Below, in pieces: positions 1-12,030 of a DNA stretch of 64,000 bases. The translations under genes were made by a program, and so were the position numbers. The DNA lies in NCBI RefSeq assembly GCF_964213995.1, contig NW_027590274.1:1-64000 (forward strand), read 5' to 3'. The notes beneath the pieces were generated by a model, which saw only the letters and a list, made by a program, of their open reading frames with translations, did no database searches and was not told where the DNA came from. The DNA is from Mustelus asterias. Lineage: Eukaryota. The first letter of the stretch is position 1, and each line of letters opens with the position of its first letter.

Positions 1-41
1 TCTCTCTCTCTCTGTGGTTCTCTCTGTGTGTGTATGTGTGT

Positions 42-79
<38 letters not shown>

Positions 80-1047
80 GTGTGTCTCTGTGTGTGTGTG
101 TGTGTGTGCTCTGTGCGTTTGTGTGTCTCTCTGTGCGTGTGTGTGTCTCTCTCTCTCTGTGTGCGTGTGTGTCTGTGTCGCTCCTCTCTCTCTCTGTTCG
201 TNNNNNNNNNNNNNNNNNNNNNNNNNNNNNNNNNNNNNNNNNNNNNNNNNNNNNNNNNNNNNNNNNNNNNNNNNNNNNNNNNNNNNNNNNNNNNNNNNNN
301 NNNNNNNNNNNNNNNNNNNNNNNNNNNNNNNNNNNNNNNNNNNNNNNNNNNNNNNNNNNTCTTTGTGCGTGTGTGTCTCTCTGTGCCTGTCTCTCTCTCC
401 CTCGCTGTGCGTGTGTCTGTGTGTGTGTGTGTGTGTCTCTGTGCGTGTGTGTGTCTGTCTCTCTCTGTCTGTGTCTCACTCTCACTTTCTCTGTNNNNNN
501 NNNNNNNNNNNNNNNNNNNNNNNNNNNNNNNNNNNNNNNNNNNNNNNNNNNNNNNNNNNNNNNNNNNNNNNNNNNNNNNNNNNNNNNNNNNNNNNNNNNN
601 NNNNNNNNNNNNNNNNNNNNNNNNNNNNNNNNNNNNNNNNNNNNNNNNNNNNNNNNNNNNNNNNNNNNNNNNNNNNNNNNTGTCTCTGTGCGTGTGTGTG
701 TGTGTCTCTCTCTCTGCGTGTGTCTCTGTGTGTGTGTGTCTCTGTGCGTGTGTGTCTGTCTCTCTCTGTGTCTCACTCTCACTTTCTCTGTCTCTCCCTC
801 TGTGTGTGTGTCTCTCTTTCTCTCTCTGTGCGTCTCTCTCTCTCTCTCTCTCTCTGTGCGTGTGGTCTCTCTTTCTCTCTCTGTGCGTATGTGTGTCTCT
901 CTCNNNNNNNNNNNNNNNNNNNNNNNNNNNNNNNNNNNNNNNNNNNNNNNNNNNNNNNNNNNNNNNNNNNNNNNNNNNNNNNNNNNNNNNNNNNNNNNNN
1001 NNNNNNNNNNNNNNNNNNNNNNNNNNNNNNNNNNNNNNNNNNNNNNN
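1..1047. repeat. (TC)n/(TG)n microsatellite mosaic interrupted by three N gaps
   Basis: Almost pure TC/TG dinucleotide runs, with N runs at about 202-359, 495-680 and 904-1047. Confidence 0.95.
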
Positions 1048-1132
1048 CAATACCAGCACTCACAGCAATGACTTCTGCTGGTGTCGTTGATGGGAAGTCT
1101 CAGACACTAAATTTAGGATAACCATGTTTATG

Positions 1133-2307
1133 AAGAACAAAGAACAAAGAACAGTACAGCACAGGAAACAGGCCCTTCGGCCCTCCAAGCCTGTGCCGCT
1201 CCTTGGTCCAACTAGACCAATCGTTTGTATCCCTCCATTCCCAGGCTGCTCATGTGACTATCCAGGTAAGTCTTAAACGATGTCAGCGTGCCTGCCTCCA
1301 CCACCCTACTTGGCAGCGCATTCCAGGCCCCCACCACCCTCTGTGTAAAAAACGTCCCTCTGATGTCTGAGTTATACTTCACCCCTCTCAGCTTGAGCCC
1401 GTGACCCCTCGTGATCGTCACCTCCGACCTGGGAAAAAGCTTCCCACTGTTCACCCTATCTATACCCTTCATAATCTTGTATACCTCTATTAGATCTCCC
1501 CTCATTCTCCGTCTTTCCAAGGAGAACAACCCCAGTCTACCCAATCTCTCCTCATAGCTAAGACCCTCCATACCAGGCAACATCCTGGTAAACCTTCTCT
1601 GCACTCTCTCTAACGCCTCCAAGTCCTTCTGGTAGTGCGGCGACCAGAACTGGACGCAGTACTCCAAATGTGGCCTAACCAGCGTTCTATACAGCTGCAT
1701 CATCAGACTCCAGCTTTTATACTCTGTACCCCGTCCTATAAAGGCAAGCATACCATATGTCTTCCTCACCACCTTCTCCACCTGTGTTGCCACCTTCAAG
1801 GATTTGTGGACTTGCACACCTAGGTCCCTCTGTGTTTCTATACTCCTGATGACTCTGCCATTTATTGTATAACTCCTCCCTACATTATTTCTTCCAAAAT
1901 GCATCACTTCGCATTTATCCGGATTAAACTCCATCTGCCATCTCTCCGCCCAATTTTCCAGCCTATCTATATCTTGCTGTATTGCCCGACAATGCTCTTC
2001 GCTATCCGCAATTCCAGCCATCTTCGTGTCATCCGCAAACTTGCTGATTACACCAGTTACACCTTCTTCCAAATCATTTATATATATCACAAATAGCAGA
2101 GGTCCCAGTACAGAGCCCTGCGGAACACCACTGGTCACAGACCTCCAGCCGGAAAAAGTCCCTTCGACTACTACCCTCTGTCTCCTATGGCCAAGCCAGT
2201 TCTGCACCCATCTAGCCACTTCTCCTTGTATCCCATGAGCCTTAACCTTCTTAGCCAACCTGCCATGTGGGACTTTGTCAAATGCCTTACTGAAATCCAT
2301 ATAGACG
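1133..2307 (-). mobile_element. 5'-truncated CR1-clade (HER1-like) LINE: RT C-terminal half, 3' UTR and (TTCTTTG)n tail
   Basis: ORF 1212..2384 contains [31 protein letters not shown] and LEYCVQFWSP. Tail gaacaaagaacaaag is at about 1135-1153. The frame is uninterrupted, which suggests a young copy. Confidence 0.95.
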
Positions 2308-2475
2308 GAAGGAGAGGGATCAAATTCTCCCACTGTCCGATTTTCACTTAAACTACTATAAACGTTATGAACAGCTTTGGTCAAACATGTGATTACTAAA
2401 ATTGAATACAGTGGTATGTATCATCATTCATTTTGATTCGAGGGACCAGCAGCGAGAATGTAAAGTGAGCAACTG

Positions 2476-2627
2476 GATAAAAGCAAATTACAGCGGATGC
2501 TGGAATCTGAAACCAAATGTGTCACACAAACCTTTGACAAAGGGTCATCTGGACCCGAAACGTCAGCCCTTTTCTCTCCGACGGATGCTGCCAGACCCAA
2601 TGTGATTTTCCAGCATTTTCTCTTTTC
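2476..2627 (+). mobile_element. Short Penelope-like-derived element with a degenerate hammerhead motif, flanked by a 17-bp target-site duplication
   Basis: TGTAAAGTGAGCAACTG is duplicated at 2459-2475 and 2628-2644. The interior contains ttgacaa-aGGGTC-atctg-GACCC-GAAACGTC. Confidence 0.7.
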
Positions 2628-2706
2628 TGTAAAGTGAGCAACTGACGGGCTTGACGGACGAGATTAGTTGCTCTACCAGTAAATCGCAACTGCTTCAAAT
2701 GCGCAC

Positions 2707-2779
2707 GTTTCTGTAGTGTAGTGGTTATTACGCTTGCCTTGCACGCGGACAGTCCACGTTTTGAAACCAGGCAGAAACA
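2707..2779 (+). pseudogene. tRNA-Val-derived pseudogene/variant (anticodon position reads TGC)
   Basis: GTTTCTGTAGTGTAGTGGTTATTACG...GAAACCAGGCAGAAACA matches the vertebrate tRNA-Val scaffold. The T-loop is TTTGAAA rather than TTCGAAA, and there are stem mismatches. Confidence 0.8.
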
Positions 2780-3454
2780 TTTCAAAATGGCTTTATTTCA
2801 AAATGATTCAAATTTCAGAATTATTCATGTTTATCATGAAACATTAATTGAACTATTGAGTTGTTTGCGGCATTTAAGGCGGGAATAACTCAATGTCGGA
2901 ATATAGAAAGTCTGTGATTGTGACTCAGGCAGGATGGATTCACTGACACAAGGAATAAGGCCAAAAGCAACATTTGTTCCCGTTGTTTGAAAACTTTGCT
3001 GCTTTTCTGGGCGAACTCCAGCTCTCCATTCCTCCATTTCACCGCTCAAACTTAGACTTTCTCCATTCCGCTTTGTTAATCTCACAGTTACGGATTTCTG
3101 AATGAAAACTGCTTGCAATCACTCGAAGTCCATTCATGGAGACGTTTTCTTGCCATTTAGCCCGAGAACGTTATCCAGAAATGAGTGATATTTCTGTCAA
3201 TGCAAATGGTTAAATCTGACCCATTACCAACCAGATTTTACCTTGTATCTCTATCGGCAGCGTTTTGCATCATGTCACTGTCTTTCACTATCTGTGTTTG
3301 TTCTTGACCTGTTGCACATGTGACATTTCCAAAACGAAGCAAAAGTGCAATTCTCAGACCACCGATTCTGGCAGTGCTGCTTTGGACCAGGACGTATTGC
3401 TGGTTTGTTTATTAAAAAATCATTAAATCTTAATATATCGAAGGCAGCCTGCGA

Positions 3455-3493
3455 CCCTGAAATTGCCGAATCCTAACCACGAGACCACCAAGA
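3455..3493 (-). pseudogene. tRNA-Glu-like 5'-half relic
   Basis: The reverse complement reads TCTTGGTGGTCTCGTGGTTAGGATTCGGC, similar to the tRNA-Glu at 5319. Confidence 0.6.
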
Positions 3494-3908
3494 TCCCATC
3501 TGCCTGATTCTCCCTGAGACTGATTACAGGAATGTGCACAGTGCCAATTGTCCACAGTCATAGACTCCTTACAGTCTCTTAAGATTTGAAATTGTTTATA
3601 TTTTCACATGAGCTTCCAGTGTGATGAAAGCAGAGCTGTGATAAGCTGATGTTGTTCAGTAGATTTACCGCAGTAAGGTTTATATCAGTTCGATGATAAC
3701 ATTGCTCTTTGAATGTGGTGAGCTACAGTGAAATTTAATGTAGTTGAAGATAGCCTTCTGACTTTTTTAAGGAGGAACAGCAAGGGCAATGTAAATATGA
3801 ATTGGTGTGGGGAATTGACGGGATTGTGCAATGAGACTGATATTTCTCCCTGCTGTTCCAATTGGCGCAAGTATTGAGCGAGGATTTTCAAACGGTTGCC
3901 ATGTGTTG

Positions 3909-3980
3909 GGTTTCGTGGTGTAATGGTGAGCATTCTGGACGCTGAATCCATCAATCCGAGTTCAAATCTCGGCGGAACCT
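3909..3980 (+). tRNA. tRNA-Gln(CTG), variant or possible pseudogene
   Basis: GGTTTCGTGGTGTAATGGTGAGCATTCTGGACGCTGAATCCATCAATCCGAGTTCAAATCTCGGCGGAACCT has intact A and B boxes. U33 is replaced by G. Confidence 0.8.
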
Positions 3981-4261
3981 TGCTTTAATTTCCAAATGCA
4001 GATGGTTGATTTGCTGAAGGGCGTTTCTTTTAAATTTCTCACAAAGTACTAATCAAGAGGACAATTTGTCAGCACGTTCCACTGCTATTACAATGCACAT
4101 TGCTGAGCTTCTGGTGCCAGGTGCCTGCAACATCAGTGTTTTTCATCTTTTCGCTGCTCTTTAACTCCTCTGTTGAAAAAAATGAAGCAGCTGGTGTCAC
4201 ACAATAACAATTCCTGTAATGTATGCTTCCCATCATTCTGACCCGATATTTACAGAATTAA

Positions 4262-4296
4262 CCTGGCTCATGTGATAACCACCGCACTATAGAAAC
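4262..4296 (-). pseudogene. tRNA-Val 5'-half relic
   Basis: The reverse complement reads GTTTCTATAGTGCGGTGGTTATCACATGAGCC. Confidence 0.6.
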
Positions 4297-5318
4297 ACGG
4301 AGATGGCCTGAGGGCAAGAAGATCCGGTTTGCTGGAGAGCAACGAGACTGGCTCCAGAAGCCCATCTTTTGCCCACAGCAATTGATATTACATTGCCTCT
4401 GCGTGTTCCTCCTGTCAAAATGAATAATGATACTTCCCACTGTAGTAAAGTTTCGTAATAAAATGTTCGAGAAACAGTATTCATGACGTTTAAAACAGAT
4501 CAACTGAACACCTGAAATTTGTGGCATTTGATCACTTTCCCCCACAAATGCTATTGCCTCGGATTCAATGCCTCAGAGCACTCACCAACGGTTCTGGCGG
4601 AAGTGATCGCTGTCAGATCTGGTGCTGCAGGGAACAGAATTAATGGAGTGGGATAGGCTCACATGTCCCATGGAGTCTCCTCCACAATTTAAGGAGATTA
4701 TGACGAATCCCAGGACTCAACACCAATTTCCAACCCTATCATGATGGCCCTTCATTCCCTTAGGTTCCAAAAATATCTCCATCTGGAACTTCAATATCCT
4801 CATTAACTGAGGATCCACAGACCTCTGGCGAAGCGCCATCCAGACTCGAAACGTTGGCTTTTTTCTCTCTCCATTGATGCTGAGATGTTCCAGCATTTTC
4901 TGTTTTTGTTCCAGATTCCAGCATCCGCAGTATTTTGCTTTTCCCGCCGACAATTTACATTCCGTTTGTTTTTTTTCTATCACAACTTTGTCAACTCTTA
5001 CCAACGGCTCCCACCCTCACCCCCCGCATCTCCCACACTTAAAGTATAAATCTCGCCATCTTTTCCTGTCTTCAGCTTTGATGACTGACCATACAGATTT
5101 GAAATGTTGGCTCTATTCTCTCTCCAGAGATGCCGTCATGCCTGTTGAGATTTTCGAGCATTTAAGTTTTTCTTTTAAGTTCCAGAATCTGCAGTAATTT
5201 GCTGTTGACTGAAGCAGTCATTCGTGTTCGACATGAGGTTTTTTTCCCCCCAAACCTTTCTCGAGTATTTGAAAAACGCTGAAATGTATCGGTCAGATTA
5301 AAATGTTTGCTTGCAATT

Positions 5319-5390
5319 TCCCTGGTGGTCTAGTGGTTAGGATTTGGCGCTTTCACCGCCGCGGCCTGGGTTCGATTCCCGGTCAGGGAA
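5319..5390 (+). tRNA. tRNA-Glu(TTC)
   Basis: TCCCTGGTGGTCTAGTGGTTAGGATTTGGCGCTTTCACCGCCGCGGCCTGGGTTCGATTCCCGGTCAGGGAA, followed by the T-rich terminator tgtttatttt. Confidence 0.92.
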
Positions 5391-5904
5391 TGTTTATTTT
5401 ATTGCTGCCGACCAGCACATGACTGAGGAGGGGCTGAAATTACCTCCAGATCGAAAACAGGATTGATCATTGTGCCAGTTTAAACTACCTGAAGAAACAA
5501 AATAAACCCACTTGCACAATCCGGTCAATTGTCCCCGGCAACTTTTCATTACATTCCCCTTGCTGCTTCCTCCTGTCAAAATGAATAATAATGCATTCTA
5601 CCCCACTAAATTTCACTGTAGCTCACCACATTGACAGATCATTCGTAACCTCTGCCTCTTCTATAGCTTCTTGTGGGAATTCTGCTGAACAACACTAGCT
5701 GATCACAGCTCTGCCGTGATTTCAGAGATTTGTATCTCGTTGATCATCATTACTGTCTCCATTGCTTCATTCCAGGTCACTGTCGCTACAGACATCGTCA
5801 CACAGTCATTCTACCTTCTGCAGTAAATGATGTACTCTTCCTTTGCTTTCAGATACTTTCACCTCCAGAAACTGATTACACGCTCAGTAAAATGTTCTGT
5901 TTAG

Positions 5905-5975
5905 TTGACAGTTTATCATCAATCCCGGGCCTTGGCGGTGAAAGCATTGACTCTGAACGACTTGACCACCCGGCC
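5905..5975 (-). pseudogene. Degenerate tRNA-Glu(TTC) copy
   Basis: The plus strand cccgggccttggcggtgaaagc...gacttgaccacc aligns to the reverse complement of 5319-5390. Confidence 0.6.
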
Positions 5976-6204
5976 TCCACCATCGCCAGCTAAATGTTGC
6001 CTTATCCATCACTCCTTGTTTCATTTAATCATCCTCCCTTGCTTTATATCACAGAACATCCGTTTTGTTCTTTTCACAGGCTGATTCATGGCGTTACCAT
6101 CAGAAAATGTTGGAAATACTCGGCAGTTAATGATTCGTGGCAAATGCGTGATTATTTCTGAAAGCTGAGTTACTCTGAAATTGAAAACATTTGGGTTTGT
6201 TTCT

Positions 6205-6400
6205 GTAAAGGTGAAATACTGCTCATGCTGGAACCTGAAACACAAAAAAAAAACTTGAAAATCTCAGCAGGTCTGACAGCATCTGTGAAGAGAGAACAGA
6301 GCCAATCAGGAAATCTGATGAAGGGTCATCCAGATTTGAAACGTTTGTTTCCTCACAGAGGCTGTCAATCCTGCTGAGATTTTCCAACATTTTCTATTCC
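6205..6400. mobile_element. Penelope-like-derived fold-back element with a hammerhead-like core
   Basis: Inverted arms aaaatctcagcagg...gacagc and gctgtc...cctgctgagatttt. The core CTGATGA-aGGGTC-atcca-GATTT-GAAACGTT is at about 6315-6345. Confidence 0.65.
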
Positions 6401-7214
6401 CGTTTAATAAGTTTCTGCTCAGGATTTATATTTGCATTGTGTCTGCTGGTAACTCCTGTTAAAATGTTTAATGATACATCCTACTACGTAGAATTCCGGT
6501 GCAGTCACCACCCCGGGTCTTATCTTTGAGAATAGACTCGGTCGAGGGGACATCGAATGTGAATTGCCAAAGTGGCTTGGCGATCAACGCTGAAACTGGA
6601 AATTACAATGAACATTTTGCTGTCTCTCTCTCTCTCTCTCTCTCCCACTCTCTCATTTACAGCATTAGATTGAGTCAAAAGCGTCGTGACTTTCGATGTT
6701 GACAGTGGAGAAATTGTCAGAAGGGAATGAATAAACGAGAAGGAGTTATGAGAGCCGAGAGACAGGTTGAATGTTTGGTGGATGTGCTGGGAAGTGTGTG
6801 CGCGATATGAGTAGTGTGGAGGAGGTGAATAGGTTCGCGCTCTCTTGTGGCCGTGGCTGACATGATTGTGCAAGTTGAAGATTTTAAAAGTGCAGTTCCT
6901 GCCGTGAGCAGCAGGGGGCGGTAGAAGTGAGGTGGATATTGAGGAGGCAAAGAATGGGGAGAGTGAGGAAAGTGGGGATTGCAGAATGGTGCTTGTGAGC
7001 GTGCAGGGCAGGTGGAGAGTTGGTTGGTCAAAAGTGTGTGTACCCTTGGTTTTGCTGTCCTTGCGTAGTTTGCTGTGGTGATGGCATTGGGTGTGAGAGT
7101 GAATGAAAGGGGCAGCAGAGGGAGTGAGTGTGGAGGCAGGCAGAGAGGCATCCGGTTTCTCTGCATTGATGGGAACGGCAAAACAGTTTGTTTGCTGCGA
7201 TTGAAGGTGTGGAG

Positions 7215-7512
7215 AAAAGGATGCGTCTCGCTGTATTGGTCAGGCGGCACTGCTGCTTCTATTCACAGGTGCTATCCCACTACTGAAGAGCACAGGGGAT
7301 TTGACCTGCTCCGTTTCCGACCTGGGCCGGTTCACCCCTCCTTAGCACACCTGGTGCTCCCAGAGTCCTCTTGGAACACCATGCGGATACTGATCTTAGT
7401 GCGGACACCCGATCGGCACAGAGAACAACAGCCCAGAACTCCCGACCTCAAGCAATCCAGCAGCCTCAGCCTCCCAGCAGCGGGATTACAGGTGCGCGCC
7501 ACAACACCCGGC
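7215..7512 (-). ncRNA. RN7SL: 7SL / signal recognition particle RNA gene
   Basis: About 298 nt. It has the 5' Alu domain GCCGGGTGTTGTGGCGCGCACCTGTAATCC, the S-domain GGGGTGAACCGGCCCAGGTCGGAAACGGAGCAGGTCAAA and a TTTT terminator at 7215-7218. Helix-5 changes on both strands (CTGTTGTTCT / AGAAGCAGCAG) preserve pairing. Confidence 0.93.
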
Positions 7513-7939
7513 AAACACAAGCCTTGATTCAGCCGCCTTCAGTTCAAACAGCAGCAAGAGCTCGAATGCAGACATCACTGCAAATATATTAGGCTGCTTC
7601 ACTGACTCAACTAACCAGAATTTGAGGAAGCTTCAACTTTGTGTGCTCAAGTTAGTCTAATTGACATCTTAAAATTCATTTGTGCGAATTTTTGTTTGTA
7701 TTTATGGAACCTGTGTGAATATGTTCAAACAGTCCAGTCCTCAGCCCAGGGATCAGTGCCGTTGAAAATAAGGAGCCGTTTTCTCTGTTGGAATGGCACG
7801 CAGCAGCTCGGCTGTCTGCCCCTGAAATACACGCGTTTACTGCGCGCATCACAGCAGAGTGGAACAGAGACCTTTCCTTTTCCAGATCTCTGAATGTGAC
7901 GCAGTTCTTTGCCAAGTGGAAGCTATGATACCAGAAGAC

Positions 7940-8839
7940 CATGAGACATAGAACATAGCAAAACTACAGCACAAACAGGCCCTTCAGCCCTCAAGTTGCG
8001 CCGGTCATTTCCCTACCTACCTAGGCCTATATATAGGCTTACCTATAAACCTTAATCCTATGAAGTCCCATGTACTTATCCAGAAGTCTCTTAAAAGACC
8101 CTATTGAGTTTGCCTCCACCACGATTGACGGCAGCCGATTCCACTCACCCACCACCCTCCGAGTGAAAAACTTACCCCTGACATCTCCTCTGCACCTACT
8201 CCCCAGCACCTTAAACCTGTGTCCTCTCGTAGCAGCCATTTCAGCCCTGGGAAAAAGCCTCTGAGAATCCACCCGATCTGTACCTCTCAACATCTTGTAC
8301 AGCTCTATCACGTCACCTCCCATCCTTCGTCTCTCCAAGGAGAAAAGACCAAGCTCCCTCAACCTACCTTCATAAAGCATGCCACCCAATCCAGGCAACA
8401 TCCTTGTTAATCTTCTCTGCACCTTTTCAATAATTTCTACATCCTTTCTGTAATGAGGCGACCAGAACTCAGCACAGACCTCTCAGTGGGGTCTGTCGAG
8501 GGTCTTATAAAGCTGCATCATTATCTCCCGACTCCTGAACTCAATCCCTCGATTGATGAAGGCCAGCACACCATACACCTTCTTAACCACCTCCTCTACC
8601 TGCGAGGCCGATTTAAGAGTCCTATGGACCCGGACCCCAAGGTATTTCTGATCCTCTACACTGCTAAGAGTCTTACCCTTGATATTATACTCCTTCATCC
8701 CATTTGACCTGCCGAAATGTACCACTACACATTTATCCGGGTTCCAAAATGTACCACTACACATTTATCCGGGTTCCAAAATGTACCACTACACATTTAT
8801 CCGGGTTCCAAAATGTACCACTACACATTTATCCGGGTT
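7940..8839 (-). mobile_element. 5'-truncated CR1-clade LINE fragment
   Basis: ORFs 8039..8422 and 8483..8764 match the CR1 ORF2 C-terminus (LFSLERRR, NPDKCVVVHFG). A (ttctatg)-type tail is near 7945. Confidence 0.9.
8715..8839. repeat. About 4 x 32-bp tandem repeat at the LINE 5' truncation point
   Basis: Unit AAATGTACCACTACACATTTATCCGGGTTCCA starts at 8715, 8747, 8779 and 8811 (last copy partial). Confidence 0.95.
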
Positions 8840-9214
8840 ATCTGTGTTGTTTAAGATTTTATGTACACTTCTATCGTGCCTGTATAATATTTCACTACTT
8901 TGTTTAGGTTCCTTCACAATTGAATTTCATAATGGACACATCACTGTGAAGAGGTCAGTCAGAATTATCAGCAAGGATTAATCAGCACTTTCTAATTGGA
9001 GATGTTAATCAGTGGAACCCCTCACACACAGATTTGCAGAAAAGATTAATTAATTTAGGACTGAAGTAAAGTTCGTAATTTTATTATTAACTTTATGAAC
9101 AGGTTCTTGTTGAGGATTCTTGAATTAAGGAGAAAGATCACAGAAGGTGCTTTTGAAAAGGAACATTGCAGCTCCGAAAATCAGTGACATCTCCAGAATA
9201 TTAAACTCCAGCCA

Positions 9215-9490
9215 GGGGCGGCACGGTGGCACAGTGGTTAGTACTGCTGCCTCACAGCACCAGTGATCTGGGTTCACTTCCCGGCTTGGATCATTGTGTG
9301 GAGTTTGCATGTTCCCCCGGTGCTTTGTGGATTTCTTCCAGGTGCTCCTGTTTTTTCCCACAGTCTGAAAGATGTGCTGGTTAGGTGCATTGACCCAAAA
9401 AGGCACGGGAGTTTGGCAACTCGGGGCATTTCACAGTAACTTCATTACAGTGTAAGCCTTACTTGTGACTAACAAAAGTTTTTTTTTAAA
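9215..9490 (+). mobile_element. tRNA-derived shark SINE (HE1-like head) inserted in the ZNF 3' region
   Basis: Head GGGGCGGCACGGTGGCACAGTGGTTAG. The paralogous empty site gccag|ttatagg is at about 11362-11373. Confidence 0.85.
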
Positions 9491-9540
9491 GTTATAGGGA
9501 TGTTAACATCAGCAGAAACAAACCAGATGTTGTCAGACTA

Positions 9541-10341
9541 TCAATCCAGGCTGTGATTAAAAGCAGAATCCAATCCTTGCAGTCTATTATGAATTTGCGG
9601 GTGTCTCAGCAGGCTGGAGGACCTTGTGAATGTCTTTCCACACAAGGAGCAGGTGAAAGGCCTCTCCCCAGAGTGAGTGCGTCGGTGAGTCAGAAGGTTG
9701 GATGACTGCTTGAAACTCTTTCCACAGGTACTGCAGCTGAATGGATTCTCCTGAGTGTGAGTGCGGTGGTGGGACTGGAGGGTGAATAACCGAGCGAATC
9801 CCTTCCCACACACCGAGCAGGTGAATGGTCTCTCCCCGGTGTGAAGTCGCTGGTGTCTCACCAGATCGAATGACTGAGAGAATTTCTTCGCACACACGGA
9901 GCAGGTGAATGGTCTCTCCCCGGTGTGAGTGCGTTGGTGAGCAGTCAGGGTGGATGACTGCCCGAAACTCTTTCCACAGGAAGTGCAGCTGAACGGTTTC
10001 TCCTCAGTGTGAATTCGCTGATGTGCCCAAAGGCCAGATGACCGAGTGAATCTCTCACCGCACACAGGGCAGGTGAACGGCTTCTCCCCAGTGTGAATCC
10101 GCTGGTGTGTAGCGAGGCTGGATGTGCTGTTGAACCTCTTCCCACAGTGAGTGCAGCTGAAGGGCCTCTCCTCAGTGTGAATTCTCTGGTATAACATTAG
10201 GTAGGTTGTCTTGGTAAATCCCTTCCCACACACACAACAGACGAATGGCTTCTCCCCGGTGTGACTGCGTCGATGGATTTCCAGCCGGAAAGAAGACTTG
10301 AATCCCTTCCCACAGTCCCCACATTTCCAAGGTTTCTCCAT
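9541..10341 (-). CDS. C2H2 zinc-finger protein with 9 fingers (finger 2 degenerate), no KRAB recognisable
   Basis: Open frame from [11 protein letters not shown] with repeated CxxC...HxxxH and TGE(K/R)PF linkers. Confidence 0.88.
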   Translation of the reverse strand: MEKPWKCGDCGKGFKSSFRLEIHRRSHTGEKPFVCCVCGKGFTKTTYLMLYQRIHTEERPFSCTHCGKRFNSTSSLATHQRIHTGEKPFTCPVCGERFTRSSGLWAHQRIHTEEKPFSCTSCGKSFGQSSTLTAHQRTHTGERPFTCSVCAKKFSQSFDLVRHQRLHTGERPFTCSVCGKGFARLFTLQSHHRTHTQENPFSCSTCGKSFKQSSNLLTHRRTHSGERPFTCSLCGKTFTRSSSLLRHPQIHNRLQGLDSAFNHSLD

Positions 10342-11469
10342 GGTCTGGGTCTCTTCCTGCCTCGAGATCAGTTGAAGCCTCGTCCACACACAGAACACGT
10401 GTTTGCTCCCCACTGTGAATGGTGTGATGTTTTTTCAGGATGTGTAACTGGTTAAAGCTCTTTCCACAATCAGTTCACTGGAACACTCTCACTCGGGTGT
10501 GTGTGTGTCTTGGTGTTTCTCCAGTTGCACTGATGTTTAAGATCTTTTCCACAGATAAACATTTCTCCTTCCACATTGAAAGGTTGATGAATAGTTGAGT
10601 GACTCAAACCAAAATGTTCGTTTTGAGTTTTGCATCTACAAATCTTTCCCTTGTAAGATCTGTAAAAAGAGTTTACAAAATTAATCACTGTCAGTCCAGG
10701 ATAGAAATTCATATCAGACAATTCTAATTTCTCTAGAACATTCTTTCCTCTCTTGTTGCCCCAAATCTGTAAATCCCCATCTCACACACACTCCCTCCTC
10801 CCTGGGCTGAAATCCAAACCCATCTCACCATCTCCACCATTTCTGTCCTCCACTCCCCGTTTCCTCCCTCCCTCCAGTCTGTCTGGCTTCAGTTCTCTTG
10901 CCCCTCTGTGCAAAATCAAGATTGTTTTCACCCCTGGTCACTGGGACCCTCAAGGCCCACCCACTCTCTGGTTCACTGATACTGTTGGCTGCAGAGACCA
11001 ATCTGTGAGAGGCGGTTCTGCTTCAAGTGCCACATATGAAGTGGTTCTCAGTACTGGTTGTGGGTTGTTGTTTTCGATGTTGGCTCTTGTTGAGTCACTG
11101 GAATGACCATCCTCTATCCTGTGAATGTACCCGAGCTGGCAAAGTCACCTCCACTTGATGAGAACCCATATTCTTGGGAGACAATGAATTGTAGATTTTG
11201 CATCAAAGATCAATTTAGGATTGAAGTAAAAAGTTCAGTCTTATTGCAACCAAATTTCTGTTGCGAGTTCTTGAATTCAGCTGAAAGATTACAGATGGTG
11301 CCTTTAAAAAGGGACACTGTAGCCTTGAAGGTCAGTGACATCTCCAGAATATTAAACTTGAGCCAGTTATAGGGTTGTTAATATCAACGGAAACAAACTT
11401 AAAATTGTCCAACTATCAATCCTGGATGTAATGAACATTAACAGAAATAGCTGAATCCAATCTCTCAGT

Positions 11470-12030
<561 letters not shown>

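Noticed and set aside
14-1121. Long ORFs of 347-363 aa
   Set aside because: They are translations of TC/TG microsatellite and N gaps.
6717-7592. ORFs overlapping and flanking 7SL
   Set aside because: They reflect compositional bias and antisense reading of a structured RNA gene, with no protein features.
9215-9290. SINE heads as tRNA genes
   Set aside because: The A/B-box-like heads continue into SINE body and tail and do not form a full cloverleaf.
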